A DNA stretch of 63,795 bases, filler included, from Choristocarpus tenellus KU-1152 (Eukaryota > Protista > Phaeophyceae): the NCBI GenBank assembly GCA_964200185.2. It is 4 parts of 4 records of this genome, joined end to end, with 100 filler letters (N's around TTAATTAATTAA, not from the genome) between each part and the next. Parts side by side here need not be neighbours in the genome. Positions count along the whole stretch, not along the records: positions 35,579 to 42,305 come from CAXNAD020007478.1; positions 42,406 to 63,795 come from CAXNAD020000349.1; 2 more parts are not named here. The stretch is one strand, 5' to 3'. The notes beneath the pieces are model-generated. The model worked only from the letters and a program-made list of their open reading frames with translations. It made no database searches and had not been told where the DNA came from. This document shows positions 36,003 through 47,487 of this stretch, piece after piece. The position numbers and the translations under genes are program-made. The number at the start of each line of letters is the position of its first letter. Position 1 is the first letter of the stretch.

Positions 36003-39000
36003 CTGAGATATGATCTGCCAGACAACTGGAGGCGAAGTTGAGAAATACGGAGACAGTTGACGTCAAACATGCAATTGCAAGGGGAACAGGGCGGAAGAGT
36101 GTCAAAAGGCCAACCTGTGGACTAGGAGACACCTAATGGCGATAGGTTCAACAGTTACAGCCTTCCGATGTTTCATACATTCTAGTTTCAACTCTAAAGG
36201 AAACAAAATAGCCTACAAGAGACCAATAGTGCATGAATGTTGTGTTGAGAAGATTTTTAGGACGAACTAATAATCAAATGTGCTCATGTGACCAACGGTG
36301 GTAATGCTACCACCTGCACTTAACGCAGAAGCACCACTTGTCAACTCCCACACAAACGAAATTTCCTGTTTGTTCATACATCATTGAAAGTACACAGTGG
36401 CTTCCTCTTCACCTATGACGATCTTGATCTTCTGAAAGGGCACACGCGATAGAATCCGTTTTCCCCAACGATTGAGCTTGCCCTTGCCCTTTTCAGGAGG
36501 ACGAGAGGGTGCTTGAGGTTCTGAAGTCTCTTTACCAGAGGAAGACACCTTGGCTTCACCTTGCTCCCATTTCTCCTCCCCTCCATCTCCATCCCTCTCC
36601 ACCCTACCCGTACTTTGATTGACTCGTACGATTTCAGAGGATCCCTTAATTCTAGCCACAGGCCTTGAAGAAGGGGGTGGTGTAGAATTAATCGTTGCTC
36701 GTCGTGTTGGTGATGATCTGGCAGAACGTGGTAGGGCAGAGGTTCCAAAATCATCTACCCCTTGTTGTGAGGGAGAAAGGGAGATCGAATATTCACTGTA
36801 GCGGATGATACTAGAGACACGTTGCCTTAGCCCAGTAGTGGAGGCTTCCCACACCTCATTTACGGCCTCCTTCCCACCAACCTGCACTTGGGCAATAGCC
36901 GATGGAGAGAATTTGTGCAGCGAAGAGCAGAGGCACGAAGTTATTATTCCTAACTCTAAGTTCAAGTACCACTAACTGTGCATGCATTAGGCAAGGTCTT
37001 CAAAATCAGTGGTCGATTTTCGCGAAGTTATGGACAAGGGACTAAACGATTTGCGATAAATCAGAGTGCAAGAGTGGGATATCATAGATCAATGCATGCT
37101 ACATTTTAGCTCTCTTCATATATTATCGTGGTACTTCCTTTTGTTTCTCCATGTGATAATTGGCACAAACGCATAGGAGAGGTCACATTCTATTGTTCTT
37201 GTGTATGAAGTGGGAAGGGACAAGATTGTACCACCTCGTTTTCCTCTGAAAAATACTGTTTAGATTCCAACAGGGGATCCACCATTCACAACTCTGGAAT
37301 AATTACTTCTCAATCTACCAATCTATGAAAAAAACGTTGAAACAAAAGTGTAGGATTCCCCGTGATGGAAGTGACTGTTATTTATAATCAGATCCCAGTC
37401 GAAAGGAAAAGGGTCTAGATAGACGAATATAACATTTCTCAATGGATATTGTACTGGCAACCATAATAGGTTGCAGTTGTAGTACCAATTCTGTAAGGAT
37501 CTGAAACTGAGATTCATGAAAATTAAGCTTCGTAGGGCGGACAAAATCTATTTTTTTCTCTCAAGGAAGAACATACACTCCTGCTTCCTATCCCTTTTCT
37601 TTCCCTGCCTTTACATGTGACAATTTATCATACAATCTTGTCCTGAAACGCTTCTGTAATACCGACTCTCTTTTCTATTTCTGATTTTCTTTGTTACTGA
37701 TGTGCCAGCCACCATAAATTATTCTTAAGTAGTTCAGGGTAGTGAATAGGACCGTTTCTGGAAGTCAGAGAATTTCTGAACTCAAGACATTCTCTTCGTA
37801 CTTTCGGCTTTGTGAATTACCAACTTTCCATGTCTCGGTACACATGATGAAGGGTGCATATAGGTCAGTGAAGAAGCCCTATTCATTGTCCAGGAGGGTT
37901 TCATTCGTGCATATCAGACCCTAGAGCCACCACTTGAATGATAAGAAATGTTTTCTCATTTTTTTTTACTAGCTGAAGTTACGATGCTACATCCATCACG
38001 CCCCTCTTGGGGAATTTCGAACTGTGATAATGAGGAATATTGTACGAGGAGGGTATAGTTTTTCTGGATATTATTAAAAGTAGAATCATTTTTAGATGGA
38101 TGCAATCGTACACAATTCCTTGGTGAAGATCAGGAGATGTGCGATACATACTCTTCTTTGGATGGTGCATGAGGCAAGTTAACGGGGGAGGTGGTGTTGT
38201 TGGACTAGGGTACAAAACAAAATCGACAATTCGTCAAAGTACTCGGCGTTTAATGTGGCAGGACGACAGAGAATTCGTCATTTATTGTATCCCCATCTGA
38301 TATTGTAGAGCACATCCACTAACCCACTATCCGAAGTTTGTATCTATGTATCGGACTCTATGATGCTACATATATTTTCCATGGACAACAGCAGTAAGTG
38401 GTGCATTAATATCTCGATAAAATGTTAATTCAGGAATAATCTTCAACAAAGAAATGTCAACAACAAATAAACAACTTCTCTCAACTCCAATTCAAGTCTG
38501 GGATGTCCAAATTCCTCCACAATCCCAAAAATGGAACACGTACCAGAAATGCAACCAGAAGAGTTATGACCACAAGGGCAAACAAGCCCAGGAGAGCAAG
38601 GAACACGAACATGCCAGCTTTAAACTTGGATGAACATAGGTGACATGTGTTGGATACGCCTTGGCCATACCCAGGCATGCAGACCGCACAAACTACAGAA
38701 AAGCAAATCACCCCAAAGGGCAGGGTCAGACCCAGAGCCAGGGTTAGACTTGGGTGAAAAGGTTTCCGTAGTGGGGTGAGAGTAGTAGTTGCGATTTAAC
38801 GTAAAGAAAATCCAGTAAATGTTCACATTAATGGAGAATGCAACTCTAGGGCCTCCATCCATCACAGTGAACATATTGCTGAAGTTTTAGATATTCTGGA
38901 TAACAGATAATGTAGAATCATGTCTACATACTATTGAGAAAATATTGCAAGGTCGACTGAGACCCTACTCGAGAGCAGAACTTTGTATGTCTGAGAGTAA

Positions 39001-40365
39001 AGTCAGACATACAATATATATACTTGGGCTTGCAAGCACATGTCGGTAGTTCATTTGAATGATCTACATCAATTGTGGAGATTCACTGTTGTGAATGAAA
39101 CTCACATGGGCCAGTGTAGCCCTCGGCACAGTAGTCTTCGATAGATGATACGTTTGATCCTCCGAGGCATGCCTCCTGGGAAGAAAGAGAATGATAAAAT
39201 AGGTTCAATTCGATCCAAAGTGGTGTGGTTATCCAATCAATCAACCCTGTGCTCCAGGTGTCAGTATAGCCCTGCAGCTCCACGTTTTGATTTTCGGAAA
39301 ACGTAGAGAATTTGTGAACACGAAGAAACAGGCAACAGAACCCCCCTGTACATCTGTATATATAGTATTGTGAATAATCAGTTTGATGAATGTAGAATAT
39401 TTAAATGACCGAAGAAATACTCGATTTGTAGAAGAAAAAAATCGAAACACATGGGTAGCGCACAAACCAATTACGCAAATTGCGGAGTGCCAAGGGGCGC
39501 TGGAAGGAAAATACATCAGCCCATGCTATCCAATGGAGTCTAAACCTCCACTTTCGTTGTCAACCATCTTCAATTTTGTTGAGGACTTGCAACATTAGCT
39601 ACGACAGTTTGTCAGTTTAGTGGTACTCTGTAGTGTTGGTTGCACAAACAACCTCACGCCACGCTGATCCAACCTCATTGTAGCACTCCCGAATAAAGTT
39701 GGAATCCAGACGAGCTCTCCAATAGCCCTCCTTCAGGGTCAGTGTTTGCAAGGTTGAATTTTGCACTGTGCAATCCACACCCTGAAAAAATAGGAGTGAC
39801 ACACAGGGAAGAAACCATCAGCCAGTTTATGGTTCTGACTCCAGCGCACAAGAACTGTAGGGGAATGGTTGGTTCAACATTGCCAATGAAGCAGTACAAA
39901 AGCGAAGTGAATTATCATGAGTGATGTGGGCGAGATGAGAAACATGGGACTTCAAACATGGGACCAGTCATGACACCAACCATTTCATCCTAGAATTTGC
40001 AAGAATAATGGCAACATATTTCTCAAACTTTCTTGATACTACATTTAAAAGATATTTTTTTCCTGACGGAAAGCTCGATATACTCTTCCCCTTAACTTCT
40101 GGTCCAGCTACAAACTCTGTTCTCGTACCCTCAACACTCATTCCATACTCTCACATCAATAGTGCTCAAGGGGAGTTCAAAACAGCTGATACATGCTTCC
40201 CCATCCCGGTAAGTTCCAGGTTCACAGCCTGCAAACTCTGTCTTCAGGACCACAACCGCCTCTGGGGTCTTGTTTGCAGAAGAGCCAAGTCCTTGGTCGA
40301 GACCAGAGACTGCAAATAAACTTGTACCATCACTCAGGGCAAGGACTGAAGGATCGCCTGTCACC
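36003..40365 (-). CDS. Cys-rich (EGF/growth-factor-receptor-like) extracellular domain + multi-TM membrane protein, partial
   Basis: Phase-compatible exons 40365-40155, 39781-39674, 39175-39106, 38692-38544, 36881-36413, 36025-36003. They read CEPGTYRDGEACISC / GVDC...TLTLKEGYWR...IRECYNEACLGG...YCAEGYTGPFCAVCMPGY...CHLC, a TM helix, a S/P-rich loop, and KIKIVIVVWQIISQ. Confidence 0.8.
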
Positions 40366-42305
40366 CTGGAAATTATGCTACATAGCCGAAGTTAGGGATA
40401 TAGGCAAGGTAGGGGTCAGAATGCTGGCCACAAGGTTGTACTGCTACACTGAAAGCAATGGACGGAAAAATAGGATGAGATGTTCTAGGGCATGCAACCC
40501 ATCTACGATACAGTCACCAACAGCAGTTGGATAGCGAAAACATCCTACAATCAGAGAAAATACTATATTCCTGTGGGTATACCTCTACAGAAAGAGGAGA
40601 TATCCTGATATTCACACTGGAGGTTACTGTATATCTGTATCTACTTCGAAACTTATGTTATACCCTACATGTAGCATTATATGGATATGTTTCATGTGTG
40701 CACTTCATAGTATTGCCTTATCTCTATGTGTGCAAGTGTACTTGTCGTCCTGCCGATATATTAATGAAGAATCTGTTTTTTTGTCCTTCTATCTGCCTGT
40801 CTTGACTGTACTATATATGCACACTATTTCCTCCTCGCTGATAACATCTACAAATTCTCTGCGGTACTAGAAATATGTATTAGTGTTTCGAAAAAAAATG
40901 TGTACGTAATAGTGTACGAAGCGTTTTTTAAGCACTCATGAACTACAACCTTATCCGTAAGCTATGACAATAGGTACAGAATCTCAGTGGGCACAATCTT
41001 GATAATGGCGCAGGAACCAACGTGTACAAGGGACCAACACATAGACCTCTGCTTGACCCCTCGAGCCACCTGAACCGATACACCCCCTTGAATTTTGACT
41101 TGTGGCAAACAGTTCTTCAGGGGTGGAGGAAGTACTCTCCAATGACTTGGCCAATTGAGAGATGTAGGAGGCAAGGGGCGATCACTGGAAATGCTTGCAT
41201 ATTCCCTCGAGTTGTTGGTGAAGTACGATAGCATTCACCCATAGTCCGGCAACTGGGCAACATATTTGAGACAAACGGGGGTTCTCTGCATCTTGAAGTA
41301 CAGTTGTCACTTCTCATTCAACACAAGTATGAACACGGTCTTCCATGCAGGAGCTCTCTCCGACTCAGCTACTACACTGCACCTGAATGTGGCCTTCGCT
41401 GAGGTACAAGCGGATTGCCACCTCCTCAGCTCATCAAACAAGAATGGTGTTGCCGTTACTGTAGCAAAGGCTCGTGGGCATAATCAATACAAGGGATCTT
41501 TTGATCCTCATTGCTTTAGCCCTCGACAAACGAGAGAGCTTCGGGTATCTTGGCACACAGGCAGACCTATTCTAGATGAGACAGCAACTCGTACCATAGA
41601 AGCTAGGCGGACAGAGGGTTTCAGAAGAAAAGGAACTATAAAATAGCGTTCAAAGACAGAACATCTCTTTTCAAGTGCACATTACCAGAGGAGTTTTTGT
41701 GCTACAAATTAGAGACTCCAAGTCTATGCGCTAGATTTGCCAATGGGGTAGGAAAAGCTTGACAGATTAATGGCATTCTTCCCTTCATTCTCGCCCGTCC
41801 TTGTAGAGCAAGTTTAGGGTGTTTTTGTTATCTCTTGTCCTTGTCTAACATACAAGTTGGTGTGTATCTGGTCCGATAGTCATTGATTTGGTTATGTTTT
41901 GTTGCCTTCTTCCCTTAATATTTCTTGTTTTTCCACTTCGAAAATCCCTGAAACACATCCATTCGGTATAACCCTTACTATTAATACATACTACACAAAA
42001 TACAATAAAATATATAATAGTATATTGGAAGTGGAGTTGATGGTCCTTTTTTAGAGGACCCGAAAGAAGTCAAATTATTTTGGCTTGGGACAAATATGTA
42101 ATAATGTTTTGAATTTCGCCCCATGACACATTACTTCACATTGGACAGATATGCATTAAATTGGACAGACATGCCGTTCAAGCATACCTGGAATCTCATC
42201 CGTTGTCACATATTCTTAGCAACCTGATCCAAAGCATCTGGGGGGGGGGAGGGGTCTACACCTGGGTATCCATTTGGGGCATAACCAGGAAACTTGCACT
42301 TAATC

Positions 42306-42405
42306 NNNNNNNNNNNNNNNNNNNNNNNNNNNNNNNNNNNNNNNNNNNNTTAATTAATTAANNNNNNNNNNNNNNNNNNNNNNNNNNNNNNNNNNNNNNN
42401 NNNNN
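42306..42405. other. Artificial contig spacer
   Basis: Identical 100-bp N/TTAATTAATTAA/N linker. Confidence 0.97.
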
Positions 42406-42710
42406 ACAAGACAACCCATACGCCAAAGCGATGGGGCGGGGGGGGGGGAGGGAGAGGTTTTACCTTTTTTTTTTTTTCACCAAGGTCAAAGAGAAGGTTA
42501 ATCAAATCCCTTGACTTACGACCAGAGCATCACTATCATTAACTACTACACACTAATACTACAGGAGGTAAGCAAGATGTATTGATAACGCTCTATGATT
42601 GGGTAGAAATTACATCAGAGATTCAAACTCGATGCGATGGAGCAAACGACTGTGTTTCAAAAGGAGAGCGAGGTGTTCAACATTTGGCAGAATCAACGGA
42701 CAAGTCTACA

Positions 42711-42740
42711 GGGTTAGGGTTAGGGTTAGGGTTAGGGTTA
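42711..42740 (+). repeat. Interstitial telomere-like (TTAGGG)n tract
   Basis: gggttagggttagggttagggttagggtta seen directly. An opposite-strand (CCCTAA)n tract lies at 42901-42929. Confidence 0.9.
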
Positions 42741-43181
42741 GCCTCAAGTATTCAGAATGAAGAAGGGCACGTAAGGGATGACAGAGGAGCTTACAGGAGA
42801 CCACACGCTCTAGGGTTAGAGTTAGGGAAGCAGGGGAAAAAAAAAACTCTTGAGAATAGGGAATGATCTACTCAACCAAAAAAATATTGTTCCGAGTATG
42901 AACCCTAACCCTAACCCTAACCCTAACCCCTGAACACCTCAGTAGACAGGAGAGCACTGAAACAAAATAGGAAAAACCCACCATGCTTCAAACACCCTTC
43001 TTATTCTTTGCCTCTCTCTCACACATGTACTTCACACCCACGACTCACTGATGCCTCAAGAGGTTCTTATCAGAACCCAAGTTAACCAATCCTGCCCCTA
43101 ACCCTAACCCTGCCCCTGACCTTCGGTCCACAACTCCGAGGGAGGATACAGCCAGGCCATTGATGCCATCAACACACGCAC

Positions 43182-45934
43182 CTGCTTAGCAAAGGCCGTG
43201 ATGCGCTGAACCGCGATGATGTCGGAGGAGTCATTAGAACCCTGTGCATAGTAGGCATTAGCCAGAAAAATAGTAGCCTTGGGAGCACAGAGAGTTGGAG
43301 GGAGAGGGGGGGAGGGACCACAACTGTTACTATTACTGTTACTATTACTATTGCTATTACTGTTACTAGTACTATTACTATTACTAGTACTGTTACTATT
43401 ACTATTACTGTTACTATTACTATTACTGTTACTATTACTGTTACTGTCACCATTACTATTACTATTACTGTTACTATTACTACTGCTACTGCTACTATTA
43501 CTACTGTTACTATTACTATTACTACGAATACTATTACTATTACTTTTACTGTTACTGTCTAAGTCACATGCGACAGGGATCTCAATCGCGGAGTCAAGGG
43601 AGAAGGCTAGAATATCGAAGGCGTCTCCCGTATCAAGTTGACTCCCAAATGAAGGAAAATCTTTGTGTGTCCCAAGGGATCAGTATCTCCTGCAGCTGTC
43701 TCTTATCTAAAAGAAAAAAAAAGAATATCAAACAGAGTGTACCCAAGAGGCAGAGATAAAAAAAAACACGAGCTGCCTCTATATTTTCGTCAACAAGGTA
43801 ACCTCAAACGAAAGTACCTGGAACAAAAAAAAAACAAACGATCAAGACCTGCTGTATCAAGTATGAATTGAAATATGACCTATCTCTATCTCAACGGATC
43901 AACTTTGTCTTCCCATCAGCACACACTGCCTGTCACAATTCCAGCACTGCTATTACGCTAACTGTCAAACAGGATGAACATTGGGATCTGATTCTATTCC
44001 CAGGACAGGTTAGAAAGGGCAACCAATTTTCACATCTATCCAACTTCAACATCGACATGGACCAACAGGCTTCCTACAGGAGAAACGCATGTGGGAAACA
44101 GTAAAGGTTCCGAAGGCATAGATTTTATTACCAAATAATACAACTCTAGGATGAGACTGACTTATCCAAAAGGCGAGAGCTGATAGTTGAAATTAGTCAT
44201 GCAGTTAAGGTTTGACAGCAGTGCTCAGGCGAACACAACGATTACACGGGGAGGGGGGATGATAGGCGCACTTGCAGACAAACCTTGATAGGGAAACCAT
44301 TAAAGGGGTGCACCTTTCTAAGAAGGGGGTTCTTTTGGGGTCTTTCAAGTTTAAAGGTCCTTATGAACCTTACACAATATAAACCATGCCAATCCCTAAA
44401 ATTCAGTTAGCCTCCCTTCAGAGGGTGTAGGTATGGTAGAAGATCAACTGTGAACACAATGCTAACCAAAAGGACTTTCCACAGTCATGCTCAAAACACA
44501 CATACAACAAGGCAAACATAGGGGCTCATGAGATTCACCGAAAGTCCCCTCTCTCAGAAGGTGTAACTCTCGGAGTAGAACTCCCTCATCTGCTGACCTT
44601 CCATGATGCAAACGACATGCCCGCTGCAAGACCAGCCCCCATGAACGCAAACAGTGGGTTGACCCCGTTCAGGTCGACCTCCTCCTTCACAATCTTCTTT
44701 CTTGCCTCGTCGGGTACTTCCTTCACCTTATCGGTCTGTATGCGGGGCGTGTTGGGACCAGAAGGCATCTGGGCTACTAAGCATTAGGTCCTATTGTATG
44801 GTTGCATCACTATATACCCATGCTATCTACCACGCACACATAGTTGAAGCATGATTTCCTTCTTCGTACCAATTTCAATCGACAAATTATATTGACATTG
44901 CGATTTCTGACATTGTCCACTGGTCCATCCCGCTGGACAACAAAGGCTCTTGTAGACATCCCAAACACAAAGTTCCACACTTTATCCTCCACAAGTAAAA
45001 CCACTGTAAAGCATTGTTAGAAAGGGTTGGACGTTCTTCCACTCTCATACACCCTTAGACAGCTCCCACAACACATCTCCATCATATAGAGTATGTCGCA
45101 CCTCCTCCGCTATTTGTGCCAGTAGGCGTTCGTTGATGGTGAGTTGCTTGGGCTTCTGTACAGCCTTCTCCTCTTCTTGGTCATCCTCCTTCAGATAGGG
45201 ATAGCGTGCGCGAAAATTGCGAAACCATCCATATATAGACACAATAGAGTCAAGGATAAGGGATCAAAGGGGGAGGCAAGCAATGTCACCCCACGGAAGA
45301 CGGGGATATTGGCAGTGCACCTTGATGGTCGTTGTCCGACAATTGAAATTCAGCATTGTACGCCAGCTATACTCTCCCTCCTACGATCGTTATCACCAAC
45401 ATCAAAACTTCAAATTAAGGAGTCGCAGGAGATTGGGCCCAAGAGAACCCTCAGTATCTTGAACCCAAACTAAGCATACCTCATTGTCATCCAGCGTGGT
45501 GAGGAGACCCACCCTCCTGTCCTCTTTCAACATCAACCCCTCATCATCTTGGGCGCTCGCTCCCAAAGTGTAACACGAGCGCATTGGCCATTTTCCAGAT
45601 CGAAGCACTGGATGGAGGGAAATATCCCTCCCGGCCCTGCCAGCTTGATGCATTGCAAGCAAAGGTGGGAGAATTTATTATTTGGTGTTGACTAATCATT
45701 GTTTGAGAATAAGGGGTAATACAAGCAAGCTTAGTTAAGCTTGGCACAAAGATCTACACATCACTACATCCCTTAGGTTCTCCAATGTAGGATTCCACAT
45801 TTACTGGAAAACGTCAGGGACCAAAGGTTGAAGACAGACAATTCGGGGGCAAGTTGAACACCTGGCATGAAGGCGAGTGTAAGGCTATGCCCCATTATGA
45901 TGGCAAGAAAGAGGTTAACTGTTGGCCTAACCAT
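43182..45934 (-). CDS. Plastid-targeted DUF3082-like membrane protein (3' end not resolved)
   Basis: Exon 45934-45862 MVRPTVNLFLAIIMGHSLTLAFMP (signal peptide + AF motif), then a transit-like exon (~45644-45480). Next come WFRNFRARYPYLKE.., VNPLFAFMGAGLAAGMSFASWK, and exon 43277-43182 ATIFLANAYYAQGSNDSSDIIAVQRITAFAKQ. This resembles the DUF3082 pattern from memory. Confidence 0.7.
43323..43556. repeat. Compound (TAC/TAT/TGT) trinucleotide microsatellite in an intron
   Basis: ~230 bp of tattac/tgttac/tactac units. Produces the poly-L and V/T/I pseudo-ORFs. Confidence 0.95.
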
Positions 45935-46312
45935 TATCAGATGCATCATCACAAGGTGGAACCTCGTGAAGTTCCAGCAAGCTCCACACTCTACGGGGTA
46001 GACGGGTATTCAGGTATTCCACTGTTTACACACTATTGTTTTGAGAGGGTTAGTCCATTTTAGGGTTAGGGAAGACATCCAAATTTCTGCCTTTTGAAAA
46101 TCAACGAAGTGTTGGTTCATCAACATAACAGTCATGCTTTGCATAATGACGAAAGCTTCTTCTTTGATAATTGATATATAACGGGAGCTATTTGAGTGCG
46201 GATAAAGCTTTTTGTGACTGTAGAGTAATTTCATTCTATCGCTGAGGCGGAAGGTCGGCCTTATTTGCGCTTGGGACCGCTGATTGGCACCAGCTGTAAC
46301 TTTGTCGAAACG

Positions 46313-47487
46313 ATGGAAGAGGCAAACGCAATTGATCTTTCCCCTGGGAAAAAGAGATGTAGGTTCGACGGAAGCATGAATGGGGATAGTAAATTTATTG
46401 CAGAGGATGGGACAGGGTTACTACCCTCTAAGGACGTGGTGGCATCGAAGGGATTGGAGGCGAAGGTAACTGAAATTGAGTGATGAGAATGACTTGGCAT
46501 GAATTTTATTACGTTTTGAATGCAAATAGGTTTAAGTGGTTCCTTGAGGAGAGAAATTTTTTTGAGAATAATGTCCGGGAAGTATATTCCGCACTAGACT
46601 CACATCGCACCAAATGGTTGTACAGACCGAAATGCCATGTTGGTGGGGTGTGTTGTTTCTAGTTTGTGTTGAAGCATATCTCCCAACGTTTCGTGGCGGT
46701 CGACATGGTAATGCTTACTCGAACCCCTTTTTTGTTGATTTTGAATTCTAACCCTCCCATTTATACTACGAGCAGCTTCGCTCCCTTGAATTGAGCTAGT
46801 ATCCACACACACCTACTGCAACAAGTCAATTGACCTTGTACAGAGAGTACATACATAGTCAATATTTATGAATGTTTCACGCATCGAAGGTGTGGCACTG
46901 CTTATGGGGTCGCAAACTGAGTAGAGGTCCAGATCACAGGCCCAACATGCCCTTTGCCGGCTTCCCCAAAACAGTTTTCATGGTATTAAAGGTACCAACT
47001 CATACACTTCCCCTCCAGAAGAAGTCAGAGTTCATGGGAGTCTTAGTCATCGAAGTCTCAGCGTACTGGTTTATAGTACTTCAGTTGATGCAAAAATGAT
47101 AATGTAGTCACGAGGAGGGCGTAGTACAGATTGTTGGTAGTGAACACCCATGAAATACCTTGGGTGACCGCTTTTCGTTTTATAACATAACCAGTCCTAT
47201 CAGTAGAGTCACACCCTTTACTGTCCATCGTCCCTTGACGTCTCTTTCTTGCTCACTACAATATTGACATTGTTGTCATCGATAGGTTGACATGGCCACC
47301 TATGGCCGACAGTCCTGGGCCTTAACAGACCTTGGGGGATGGCGAGCTCAGCACCTGGTTACACAACAGTCCCCCGAGTTTGTGGCGCAACGACAACGGG
47401 ATGCAAGGAGGGCCATGCTGCGTGGAGAGCATACCAGTGGCTCAATTGGTGCACCTACTATCTAAACCTTTTCTCAGGGGCGGGTTT
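46313..47487 (+). CDS. Hypothetical protein (uncertain structure; basic NLS-like KKRCR)
   Basis: ATG 46313 MEEANAIDLSPGKKRCRFDGS...LEAK followed by a GTAACT donor. Candidate second exon 47329-47488 is open in the same phase. No family recognised. Confidence 0.35.

Noticed and set aside
25995-42405. TTAATTAATTAA palindromes within N runs as a biological motif, and gene clustering across them
   Set aside because: They are identical 100-bp artificial six-frame-stop linkers, so the flanking contigs need not be adjacent in the genome.
42711-42929. True telomere or chromosome fusion point
   Set aside because: The tracts are only ~5 units, are separated by unique sequence, and similar short tracts are dispersed through the window.
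43169-43641. Poly-Leu and Val/Thr/Ile-rich ORFs as membrane proteins
   Set aside because: They are translations of an intronic trinucleotide microsatellite.
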